48,593 bases of DNA from UHGV virus genome UHGV-1371021, one strand, 5' to 3'. Source of the stretch: a virus. Under the pieces are notes generated by a model. That model saw nothing but the letters and a program-made list of their open reading frames with translations. It was not told where the DNA came from and searched no databases. Both the position numbers and the translations under genes were made by a program. Positions 27,506 to 35,420 of the stretch are shown here, in pieces (the stretch's first letter is position 1; the number at the start of each line of letters is the position of its first letter).

Positions 27506-27678
27506 CACTTTACCTTTATCATGTGTTGTTTTGCGACTTTCAGGCACTCATCAAAAATACTACCTTTCTTCGCGCTCTGATGACGCCTGTAATGCTCAAT
27601 CGCTGCATCAATTGCGCGCTGGTCGATATCTGGTAGCTTGGCGCTGAGTTGTTTTTCTATGAATTGTTCTGGGGTCAT
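27505..27678 (-). CDS. hypothetical protein (57 aa)
   Basis: ATGA- and TGATG-coupled between its neighbours. Below the track cutoff. Confidence 0.4.
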   Translation of the reverse strand: MTPEQFIEKQLSAKLPDIDQRAIDAAIEHYRRHQSAKKGSIFDECLKVAKQHMIKVK

Positions 27679-27899
27679 TTGTAGTTATCCTTCAGTTCAG
27701 CAATCATGTCATCTATGCACCTATCAGATTCAACATAATCACCACTTGCATTTTCAATGCAGGAAATCATTTCTTCAACACTAAAGTCAGATATGAGCAT
27801 AAATTCAATAATGCAATACATAGCAATTCTGAACTCATCATCTGAGTTGCATTGATTAAGTATATCTTTGATTGCGCACGTTACTTGTTGTTGATTCAT
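27675..27899 (-). CDS. small highly acidic protein (74 aa), possible DNA mimic
   Basis: D/E-rich sequence (SDDEF..EEMISCIENASGDYVESDRCIDDMIAELKD). ATGA-coupled. Confidence 0.5.
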   Translation of the reverse strand: MNQQQVTCAIKDILNQCNSDDEFRIAMYCIIEFMLISDFSVEEMISCIENASGDYVESDRCIDDMIAELKDNYK

Positions 27900-28708
27900 T
27901 TCATCTGCTCCAAAATCGCCATAACTTCCTGAATATCCTTCGCCTGAATCTGGATGAACTCTTCATCTTCTGGCATCACAAAGCCAGCCATGAATCGCAC
28001 ATGGTCAGCATCTTTCAGCAACTCAACCAGACGGTCAACTGGCTTAACCTTTTTCGCTTTGAGCACTTTAGCGGTAACTTTATCCTTGCCTTGCGCCTTT
28101 GCCTCAGTAACAGCTTCGTCGATAACCTTGACGGCATCATCACCATGCTCGCGGGTCACGGCAACAGCATTGGCATAGCTAATCTGCCCTAAGTTAATGC
28201 GCTCCTTGATTTCTGGTGGCACATCACCCAATGACAGATGCATTTGCACATCGGAAACTGAGCGACCAACTTTCTTAGCGATTTCCTCGTTAGTCCAGCC
28301 AAACCCTTTCAGACGCACATATGCTTTTGCACGTTCAAATGGGTCAAGCTGTTTACCCTGGCTTGATGACACCATGAATGCGATTTTGTCAGCTTCGTCG
28401 CCAGTGAAATCTTTGCACTCAATACGCGCGATAGGTGCGCCGCGTTCAATGGCCTTCAATGCGCCAAGATAGCGATGCTGACCATCAAGAATGCGGATTC
28501 CCTTCTCGTCCGGAATAACTGTTAATGCTGGCAGTGGCTGACCTGACTCCCAGCACTGTGCGAAATACTCCACATGCTGCTCATCTGCTTCACGGATGTT
28601 ATATCCCGGCTCCAGATAGATTTGCTCAACTGGCACGAGATAGGTTTTGTTAACAGCGATGCCGTTACGCGTTTCTTTGTCTGAATATATTTTGCTGAGT
28701 GTTTTCAT
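27896..28708 (-). CDS. ParB-like nuclease-domain protein with HTH (270 aa)
   Basis: ParB N-terminal motif IRILDGQHRYLGALKA, plus an HTH segment (GWTNEEIAKKVGRSVSDVQ). Confidence 0.75.
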   Translation of the reverse strand: MKTLSKIYSDKETRNGIAVNKTYLVPVEQIYLEPGYNIREADEQHVEYFAQCWESGQPLPALTVIPDEKGIRILDGQHRYLGALKAIERGAPIARIECKDFTGDEADKIAFMVSSSQGKQLDPFERAKAYVRLKGFGWTNEEIAKKVGRSVSDVQMHLSLGDVPPEIKERINLGQISYANAVAVTREHGDDAVKVIDEAVTEAKAQGKDKVTAKVLKAKKVKPVDRLVELLKDADHVRFMAGFVMPEDEEFIQIQAKDIQEVMAILEQMK

Positions 28709-29076
28709 TTTTTCTTTCCTAATGCTTTCTTGATCGCTTTGTTAGCCAGATTTAACGGATGGTCATCATGACAGTCATCGGAAGATACAGCGCAAACATC
28801 ATCAACGTAATCGCGAAGCTGGCGAAGTGCTTCGAGTAATTCTGGCGCTGCGGCTACTAACTTTGCATTCGACAAATGCTCAATGCGTGATACATCCCTA
28901 TGAGCGCCTTCATCGCTCCAGTGTTCAAACCCAGCCTTCTCCCAACCGGGGATAATTGCTATAGAATTAATCACCCTAATAATCCCAAAACCATTATCAT
29001 CAACTACATCAGTATAAACTTCATGGCGCTTAACGCACTCCCACTCACCTTTCGTACCCTTGAATTCATCTTTCAT
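28705..29076 (-). CDS. hypothetical protein (~123 aa), paralogue of 47350..47688
   Basis: Shares M.(D/N)EFKGTKG(E/P)W, AAAPELL.A...L and C-terminal AIKKALGK with the other copy. Confidence 0.55.
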   Translation of the reverse strand: MKDEFKGTKGEWECVKRHEVYTDVVDDNGFGIIRVINSIAIIPGWEKAGFEHWSDEGAHRDVSRIEHLSNAKLVAAAPELLEALRQLRDYVDDVCAVSSDDCHDDHPLNLANKAIKKALGKKK

Positions 29077-29275
29077 TTGATTCACCACTTTCTTCTAATA
29101 AAAGTTCATAGTTTGCAATGTATGCATTGGCCAGATGATACATTTGCTCTGCGGCGCAGCATTCTGGGCCGCTGAAGTCATCAATAGAGCCAGCATTGCT
29201 GAGTGCATCAACACAATTACGAAAATCAATCACGGTATTGCGGAACATACAGTAGTACATGTTTGCCATGATCAC
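29066..29275 (-). CDS. hypothetical protein (69 aa, Cys-rich)
   Basis: ORF track entry. Coupled to its neighbours. Confidence 0.45.
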   Translation of the reverse strand: MIMANMYYCMFRNTVIDFRNCVDALSNAGSIDDFSGPECCAAEQMYHLANAYIANYELLLEESGESNER

Positions 29276-29895
29276 TCCTCATCACCAGAATTAGCAATAT
29301 CGTAAAACTGACCGTAGGTTATCTGCTTAAAATCGTCAGGTATTGTTACCTGCCCATGACCTTCATCTTTTGTATTTGGCACGGCAAAAATCAGGCAATC
29401 ATCCTTTTGCGGGTGTTTGCCGCCATAAGTAGACAGCATTGCAAAACAAAGTCCGCGACCTGATTGCTCACAAATGCCCGTGCGCGCAATTCCATAATGA
29501 TTAACTATGTAGTCTTTCCATTCTGGCAATAACTTTAATTGCTCATTTGCTTCTCGCATCACTGCGTCCAGCTTTTTGTTGTATTCACGACCATCCTTTG
29601 TGTTTCCTTTCCCACGAGCCACAATTACACGCTGACCTTCCCAGAAGTCTTCGCGCTTTATTGTCACAGGGCACGGAAATTCAAACTGCTTACTCCACAC
29701 AAAGCTCTCAAGTAAGCCACCACCGACTGCTCCCCAGCTACGTGTCGTGGTGAAAGCGATAGCGCCAACCTTTTTCATTGCATCACCGAGAATTTCATTG
29801 CGGCGCTTTTGGATGTCATCATATGAGTCAATAACTTTCTTAACATCAGCACCTTCAACCATGTAATAATCATAATGTTTTGCGTTGCTGCTCAT
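29272..29895 (-). CDS. hypothetical protein (~207 aa), first gene of the leftward operon
   Basis: Track ORF starts at 29913. I place the start at ATG 29895, 6 nt after GAGGTG in the conserved leader GAGGTGATGAAGATG. Confidence 0.55.
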   Translation of the reverse strand: MSSNAKHYDYYMVEGADVKKVIDSYDDIQKRRNEILGDAMKKVGAIAFTTTRSWGAVGGGLLESFVWSKQFEFPCPVTIKREDFWEGQRVIVARGKGNTKDGREYNKKLDAVMREANEQLKLLPEWKDYIVNHYGIARTGICEQSGRGLCFAMLSTYGGKHPQKDDCLIFAVPNTKDEGHGQVTIPDDFKQITYGQFYDIANSGDEE

Positions 29896-29935
29896 CTTCA
29901 TCACCTCTAGCATTTATTGTTGTTTCTACGTCATT

Positions 29936-29964
29936 ACTATAAACACCCCATCAATCTACGTCAA
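29936..29964 (-). promoter_or_regulatory. leftward promoter TTGACG-N17-TATAGT driving the 29895..26784 operon
   Basis: Near-consensus hexamers with 17-bp spacing about 35 nt upstream of ATG 29895. Embedded in ATCTACGTCA motifs. Confidence 0.5.
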
Positions 29965-30011
29965 CAGGAATATGCTAAAATCATGCTAATCAAACAACAG
30001 GAGATTTAAAC

Positions 30012-30131
30012 ATGGGTTCAACAAACGGTCCGTCTCGTTCACGCGCTACTGGCAACACAAAAACTGGCGGCAAAACTGGCGCAGTTAAGCCAAACGGCTC
30101 TACCCGCTCACCATCGCGCGGTAAAAAATAA
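30012..30131 (+). CDS. small basic protein (39 aa, Gly/Ser/Thr/Lys-rich)
   Basis: AGGAG RBS 8 nt before ATG. TAATG-coupled to the next gene. Confidence 0.4.
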   Translation: MGSTNGPSRSRATGNTKTGGKTGAVKPNGSTRSPSRGKK

Positions 30132-30571
30132 TGTTCGGCGCAGACGTTGCCATCATGATCATGTATGTGCTGGGTTTTGCCTGCACGGGCATGGTAGCGT
30201 TTCTGGTGTTCATTCCGGCAATGGTGATGTCTGTGTATCTTGGATGGGTGCTTGTTGATTCTTTTCCCGCCGAATATCTGTATTACCTTGCGCAGTCTAT
30301 GGTCTGGTTGTTTCCAGCTATTGCACTGCGCAAAAGTACAAAGATGGCGCTCTGCGTGCTGACGATGAGCCTTTACGAATGGCTGGTTGCGATAGAGTCA
30401 TTCGTATGGGAATTTATCACGCCTGTAGAAACGCCGCTTCATGCGCAGTACGCATTTATTATTATCGGCATCCATCTGTTCATCCTTTCCATCACTTTTA
30501 AATGGGGCGGCGAAATTGGACATTATTCTTGGCGTGGTTGCCATCGTTTTTTCGCTGATTCAAATCTATAA
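30131..30571 (+). CDS. integral membrane protein (146 aa, ~4 TM)
   Basis: Four long hydrophobic segments. Confidence 0.6.
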   Translation: MFGADVAIMIMYVLGFACTGMVAFLVFIPAMVMSVYLGWVLVDSFPAEYLYYLAQSMVWLFPAIALRKSTKMALCVLTMSLYEWLVAIESFVWEFITPVETPLHAQYAFIIIGIHLFILSITFKWGGEIGHYSWRGCHRFFADSNL

Positions 30572-30603
30572 GTGCTGGAAACATATCATCAGCGAGACTC
30601 GCA

Positions 30604-30888
30604 ATGAACGAAACACTAAGGCAGGCCGCGGAGCAAGTTATAAGCGGAACGACAGGACAGGTGATTGATAAGGCTGGGTATGCCTCTATTGGTACTGGTA
30701 TCGGCCTGAAAGTTGCAGAACAAACACCTGTCACGCAGTCTTATTTTGAGGCCATGATTCCACAATCATTAACTGAATGGGCGGCAGTAGCGTCAATCCT
30801 TGGTGCGCTGTCACTGGTAATAAAAAACCTGTTTGAGATGTGGTGGAAAGTACGGGAGTCAAAGAGAAATGACAGCACCAACACCTGA
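30604..30888 (+). CDS. hypothetical protein with a C-terminal TM segment (94 aa)
   Basis: WAAVASILGALSLVIKNLF followed by a basic tail. Confidence 0.5.
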   Translation: MNETLRQAAEQVISGTTGQVIDKAGYASIGTGIGLKVAEQTPVTQSYFEAMIPQSLTEWAAVASILGALSLVIKNLFEMWWKVRESKRNDSTNT

Positions 30889-31261
30889 AGAGCTGGTCAG
30901 CCAGATGGCGAATCGCGGCATGACCATCACCACAACGGATGCGTCTGGCATTCTGTGCCTTGTGGCGTCAATCAGTGAATGCCTTGAGCTGAACTATCCC
31001 AATGATGAATGCCGACAAAATGCGATCATGCTGTGGGCTTCCATCCTGATTAGCGCAAATACCGCAGGGCGTTACGTTACCAGCCAGAGTGCACCGTCTG
31101 GCGCATCACAATCATTCGCTTATGGCAGCAAGCCGTGGGTGGCTCTGTACAATCAGATGAAGCTACTGGATACAGCTGGATGTACTGGCGATTTGGTGGA
31201 AGACCCTGATGGAAGCGGTAAACCGTGGTTTGCGGTTGTACGTGGGAGTAAGTGTAAATGA
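30869..31261 (+). CDS. putative head-tail connector/adaptor protein (130 aa)
   Basis: Assigned by position before the neck genes. Start uncertain (track ORF opens at 30833). Confidence 0.45.
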   Translation: MTAPTPEELVSQMANRGMTITTTDASGILCLVASISECLELNYPNDECRQNAIMLWASILISANTAGRYVTSQSAPSGASQSFAYGSKPWVALYNQMKLLDTAGCTGDLVEDPDGSGKPWFAVVRGSKCK

Positions 31262-31599
31262 CTTCGCTGGCTAACTGGAGCTACACGCAACCATGCACCA
31301 TCTGGCACAAAAGCGGCACGGACAAGTACGGCAAGCCAACTTTTGACGCGCCAGTGAGCATCATGTGCGATTATGGCTTTAACGATGATGTATCGACCGA
31401 TGCGAAAGGCAATGAGATTGTGCAGAAGAATACTTTCTGGACAGAATATACCGGTGCGAAGGTTGGTGATTACATCATGATTGGAACGGTGACAGAAGCT
31501 GACCCGCTGGCGGCTGGCGCAAACCAGATTCTGAATATTATTAATTACGGCTCAACGTTTAATCGCGCTGAACCACCTGATTTTGCACTGGTGACATAA
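31258..31599 (+). CDS. putative head-tail joining protein (113 aa)
   Basis: ATGA-coupled. Assigned by position. Confidence 0.5.
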   Translation: MTSLANWSYTQPCTIWHKSGTDKYGKPTFDAPVSIMCDYGFNDDVSTDAKGNEIVQKNTFWTEYTGAKVGDYIMIGTVTEADPLAAGANQILNIINYGSTFNRAEPPDFALVT

Positions 31600-31997
31600 T
31601 GCCAGCGAAATTAAGGGGCGTCAGGCAGGCCGTAGAAAGAACATCGCAAATTGTGGACGAGATAATCGCCACGAAAGCTGTTCGTGCTCTGAAATCGGCG
31701 ACATATATCATCCGCACCGAATCAGCCACGCTAACACCAATTGATACATCGACACTGATTAACAGTCAGTTTGATACCGTGGAAGTTAGCGGGACTCGAA
31801 TCACTGGCAAGGTTGGTTATTCTGCGAAATATGCGCTGTACGTCCACAATGCCAGCGGTAAACTTTCAGGTAAACCACGGAGCAACGGCAACGGCACGTA
31901 TTGGTCGCCGGGTGCTGAACCGCAATTCCTGACCAAATCGGCGCAGCGCACAAAAGACCTTGTTGATAGCGTGATTAAGAAGGAGATGACACTCTAA
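31599..31997 (+). CDS. putative tail-component / neck protein (HK97 gp10-like, 132 aa)
   Basis: Assigned by position and size. Family assignment is weak. Confidence 0.5.
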   Translation: MPAKLRGVRQAVERTSQIVDEIIATKAVRALKSATYIIRTESATLTPIDTSTLINSQFDTVEVSGTRITGKVGYSAKYALYVHNASGKLSGKPRSNGNGTYWSPGAEPQFLTKSAQRTKDLVDSVIKKEMTL

Positions 31998-32374
31998 TGA
32001 ATATGCTTGAACGAGTTTTTAATTATTTAAACGATGCAGGACTGCTGGATGGGTGGACTGCACAACTTCAATTATGGAATGATACTGGAGTGGGCGAGGA
32101 TCGCTTCCTTGTCCTGAAAACAAGTGGCGGAACAGGTATCCGCCAAGGGTTATCAAATGACTTTTATTTCAAGCTTTTTGTTGTTGGTCAGCAAGGGCAA
32201 TATGATGCCGAAGTTGTTGATAATAAAGCTAACGAAATAATTGAATACATAAAAGAAAACCCGATTGATAGCTGCCTGAACTACATACAGATGCAATCTC
32301 CGCTTGGTGATATGATGTTAACAGAAGAGAAGAGGCTTGTTCACGAATTGTTATTAAGGGTAGTTTACGGGTAA
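31997..32374 (+). CDS. putative tail completion protein (125 aa)
   Basis: TAATG-coupled. Assigned by position. Confidence 0.5.
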   Translation: MNMLERVFNYLNDAGLLDGWTAQLQLWNDTGVGEDRFLVLKTSGGTGIRQGLSNDFYFKLFVVGQQGQYDAEVVDNKANEIIEYIKENPIDSCLNYIQMQSPLGDMMLTEEKRLVHELLLRVVYG

Positions 32375-32853
32375 TTATTTGCCGTGATTGCTATGAAATT
32401 CGGGGCTTATCTCAGCAGACTTTCTGGCACATACAGCCTCGAAGAAATCATCAAAATAACCAAGCACGACCCTGCTCTTATTTTTTTGGATATACGACAC
32501 CCATAAACACTTAACCTTGTGCCAACTTACACCACACACTCCTGATGAATTGTTTTTGTATTTACTCTTATTTTGCATATTTATTAACTTGCTAACGATC
32601 CTTAAATTCTCGATCCTATTATCAATCTTGTCGTGGTTTATGTGGTCAATTTCCATTCCGTCGGTATTGCGCCGTTATGCATTTCCCATATGATGCGGTG
32701 CGCTAAATGCTTAGACTTACCAATCTTAACCCTAATGTATCCATTGTCATCAACTGTTCCAGCTTTTGTCATGGCCTTAATTCTGTTATTCCCGGCTGGT
32801 GCAGACCAGTACAGCTCACCATTTATGTACGTGAATAATGAATTTAAATTCAT
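32375..32853 (-). pseudogene. HNH_3 + AP2 homing endonuclease split into 71-aa and 93-aa ORFs by a frameshift near 32640..32656
   Basis: N-terminal ORF has GYIRV.IGKSKHLAHRIIWEMHNGAIP (HNH_3). The second ORF continues EIDHINHDKIDNRIENLRIV plus AP2-like SGVCGVSW......VVLGYFDDFFEAV. Intact homologues have these in one frame. Confidence 0.55.
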
Positions 32854-32938
32854 GAGATTACCTTTATATTGCTTGATTTCTATGTGAAATTTTTACTGCG
32901 AATTGCTTATGGATTGATTTGTGGTTTTTTAGTTTAGA

Positions 32939-33014
32939 TGGCACACCATGCAGGACTCGAACCTGCAACCAATAGCTTAGAAGGCTACTGCTCTATCCGT
33001 TGAGCTAATGGTGT
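32939..33014 (-). tRNA. tRNA-Arg (anticodon TCT)
   Basis: 76-nt cloverleaf on the minus strand. 7-bp acceptor stem ACACCAT/ATGGTGT, T-arm GCAGG-TTCGAGT-CCTGC, anticodon loop CTTCTAA, 3' GCCA. Confidence 0.8.
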
Positions 33015-33020
33015 TTAATG

Positions 33021-33108
33021 TGGCGGATAGTACAGGATTCGAACCTGTGAACCGTTTCCGGTTTATCGGTTAGCAACCGACTGCTTTCTGCCTCTCAGCC
33101 AACTATCC
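33021..33108 (-). tRNA. tRNA-Ser (anticodon GCT) with a long variable arm
   Basis: 88 nt. Acceptor stem GGATAGT/ACTATCC, anticodon loop TTGCTAA, long variable arm, T-arm CAGG-TTCGAAT-CCTG, 3' GCCA. Confidence 0.8.
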
Positions 33109-33546
33109 GTTGATTTAGTGCTGGTTTAAGCATTGCCAGCGTGCTTTCTTAACATCCAGCCCCGTAACCCATACATACCCCTACATATGATTGCGATAAT
33201 GCTGGATATTAAGTGTTGTGGCTCTGGTGCCTCCAGATTGCTGGTCGGTAAATCCAGCAGGTAATCTCAAAACCGAAGTAGTGTTTTTTTACCTTGCCGC
33301 GTGCGCATAGCCGCATTACCACAACGGAAAGGGCACTGATGCGCTCACTTGGGACTCCTTAGCCATAACCCACGGGCTTCTGGTACACCAATGCTCTTAC
33401 CTGTTGTGTGCCGGTTACGCGTCAGGCGTCTCTCGACCGCTAATTATTTTGACTTCTTCAAATTGAGATTTCATTCATTTTGGTCACCTTCCTTTCAGAA
33501 AGCTGAAAACTCACGCATAAATCAATTCATATCTTAAGTAGACTTT
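33109..33546 (-). other. 430-nt ORF-free leader of the leftward tRNA/HNH transcript, a candidate structured or regulatory RNA
   Basis: No ORF of 60 codons or more on the transcribed strand. Several hairpins. Mini-ORFs of 6, 10 and 16 codons with strong SDs (AAGGAAGGTGA, TAAGGAG). Directly downstream of a consensus promoter. Confidence 0.3.
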
Positions 33547-33575
33547 AATCTACACCACAAAATAATCACTGTCAA
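33547..33575 (-). promoter_or_regulatory. leftward consensus promoter TTGACA-N17-TAGATT
   Basis: Perfect -35 and near-perfect -10 with 17-bp spacing, pointing toward the leader and the tRNAs. Confidence 0.6.
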
Positions 33576-33626
33576 CACCTGTGATATAATCACCACGTTA
33601 GCAGCTAACACAATTCGGAGATCGAA

Positions 33627-34343
33627 ATGGCTATTTGTGCAAATGATAAAGGCGTTCTGGTCGGTCGCATGACCCGCCTATTCCTTGCTGAAGGATGCGG
33701 TGACGCAGTTCCGGATGCAGAAGACTGGAAATATCTAGGCTCAACCACCAGTAAAGGCGTTGACTACTCGCCGCAGACTACTACATCGGAAGCGGATACC
33801 ACTGGCGGTTTTGTGTCAACCCTCGTTACCAGCTCTGATATGACCATCAGTGCAGAGGTGGAAATCCGCAAGAATGACCCAAGCGATGAGTTTGGCTTCC
33901 ATCGTCTGGTTGAGATTTACACCACTGAACTAAAAGCGCGTCGCCAGCCCTCCCTGTGGGTGCGTGAAGTGACAGGCGCGACTATCGTTACCGCGTACTG
34001 CAACATCACCAGCATCAGTTACGAAGGTGGTACGAACGACATCGTTACTGGCAGCCTTGAGTTCAAGGTTTACGATTCTGACAGCGTTACCGTTGAAAGC
34101 CTTGAGCCTTTGAAGTTCACTACCGACCTGTCATCAACTGGCAGTGCTGGCAGTCCGTTAACTGTTGCTGTTGAAGGTGGCGTCTCTCCTTACACCTACG
34201 TGTGGCGCAAAGATGGCGTGGTTGTCGGCAGCGAATCAGGCGCAACACTGGCAAGCCCTACCGCTGGTGTGTATACCGTAACTGTCACAGACTCGTCCAC
34301 TGACCCGGAAATTATTATCAGCACGGCTTGCACTGTATCATGA
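33627..34343 (+). CDS. major tail protein with a C-terminal Ig-like (Big_2-type) domain
   Basis: 238 aa. C-terminus PLTVAVEGGVSPYTYVWRKDGVVVGSESGATL...YTVTVTD is Ig-like. Upstream promoter is an extended -10 TGATATAAT. Followed by a strong terminator. Confidence 0.7.
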   Translation: MAICANDKGVLVGRMTRLFLAEGCGDAVPDAEDWKYLGSTTSKGVDYSPQTTTSEADTTGGFVSTLVTSSDMTISAEVEIRKNDPSDEFGFHRLVEIYTTELKARRQPSLWVREVTGATIVTAYCNITSISYEGGTNDIVTGSLEFKVYDSDSVTVESLEPLKFTTDLSSTGSAGSPLTVAVEGGVSPYTYVWRKDGVVVGSESGATLASPTAGVYTVTVTDSSTDPEIIISTACTVS

Positions 34344-34347
34344 TAAA

Positions 34348-34374
34348 GAAAAGCCCCGGAAGGGGCTTTGTTTT
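34348..34374. terminator. bidirectional Rho-independent terminator (aaagccccGGAAggggcttt)
   Basis: GC stem with an A-run and a T-run. Contains the stop of the minus-strand ORF. Confidence 0.8.
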
Positions 34375-34639
34375 ATTCTTGTGGTGGCTCTGGCAGTGGC
34401 ATCCAGTGGGTGGCATCACTAATCAAGCCATATTCATTAGTTTGATGGTGATTACCGCGCCCATCTCCGTATTTAAAACTCTCCATAAAGCCATAATGTT
34501 TATCACCATTAATGTTCACAAAACCGTAATAAGCAGGAATAACGCCGATCTCACAAGCAACCAGTAAGGGAAAACTAGTTCTCCAGTTTAGCTCGCCAAT
34601 TACAGGAATCCGCTCACTGCACTTAATCCACTGGATCAT
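34373..34639 (-). CDS. DUF551-domain protein (88 aa)
   Basis: C-terminal ...ATHWMPLPEPPQE signature. Similar to the C-terminus of the 7510..8445 protein. Confidence 0.55.
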   Translation of the reverse strand: MIQWIKCSERIPVIGELNWRTSFPLLVACEIGVIPAYYGFVNINGDKHYGFMESFKYGDGRGNHHQTNEYGLISDATHWMPLPEPPQE

Positions 34640-34986
34640 AACTTATCCTCATTCATTTTCAGGAAGACGATCATGGCGGCGCGTAGTGGGTTTTTATCTT
34701 GAGTAAAGTGGTATGGCGTATCATCATTGCCAACCTTTCTGTGAGTAGCTTTCCACAAGCCATTATCTGGTGCTGGAATAGTACCAATTCTGTTTTCAAT
34801 AATAATAGGCTCAGCATCCTCTGGATTATTGCATGGGTCAAATTCAATCTCGTTAAAGTCGGCGTAAGAACCAGTATCACACTCGACAAATCTAACAGGC
34901 ACGCCATCATCATTAAATGTCACACCAGCAATAAGCGCTACCGCCTTATTAATCTCAAAATCACTCATTTCTTCATAATTTTTCAT
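34636..34986 (-). CDS. NinX/DUF2591-like protein (116 aa)
   Basis: MSDFEINKAVA...PCNNPEDAEPII pattern. Recall-level assignment. Confidence 0.45.
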   Translation of the reverse strand: MKNYEEMSDFEINKAVALIAGVTFNDDGVPVRFVECDTGSYADFNEIEFDPCNNPEDAEPIIIENRIGTIPAPDNGLWKATHRKVGNDDTPYHFTQDKNPLRAAMIVFLKMNEDKL

Positions 34987-35122
34987 ATCACCTTATCCTC
35001 ATCAAAAATCACACCAATAACACGAAGCAAATCTTTCGCCATTCTCTATGCTTCTTCGTAGTCATAACCTGCATCAACATACAGTTCAGTGTAGAAAATC
35101 AGGTCAGATTTTGTTTGTTCGT

Positions 35123-35332
35123 TCATTTCTTGTCATCGCTCTTAACTAATGCCCAAACAAGCGCTGCAACCCAGCCAATAAAACTCCATCCAACGAGAAT
35201 ATTCAGTACACAGATTGCAGTCGTATTTGTGTGCTTTCTTTGCAATGCCACAAATGATGGGAGAAGATAAGCAAATATAACCAATCCAGCGAAAAGCAAC
35301 AAAATAACAACATCCATAACTACCTCATTCAT
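35123..35332 (-). CDS. superinfection-immunity-like small membrane protein (69 aa, 2 TM)
   Basis: YLLPSFVAL.RKH.N..AI.VLNILVGWSFIGWVAALVWAL resembles the Imm_superinfect family motif (LGWT.IGW..ALVWA). First gene of the leftward operon. A 26-codon ORF (35049..35126) is coupled downstream. Confidence 0.5.
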   Translation of the reverse strand: MNEVVMDVVILLLFAGLVIFAYLLPSFVALQRKHTNTTAICVLNILVGWSFIGWVAALVWALVKSDDKK

Positions 35333-35351
35333 ATCTCGTTTCGATGATTTG

Positions 35352-35380
35352 AATCTACATCACCACCTAGCAGGTGTCAA
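35352..35380 (-). promoter_or_regulatory. leftward consensus promoter TTGACA-N17-TAGATT
   Basis: Perfect -35 and TAGATT -10 with 17-bp spacing. Overlaps the rightward extended -10 promoter (TGATATAAT at 35392..35400). Confidence 0.55.
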
Positions 35381-35420
35381 CACCACTGAGATGATATAAT
35401 CAACATCAGTCAAATTCAGG

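Noticed and set aside
33349-33537. Plus-strand 62-aa Arg-rich ORF in the tRNA leader
   Set aside because: It lies on the non-transcribed strand of a promoter-driven leader. Its composition is low-complexity and it has no RBS.
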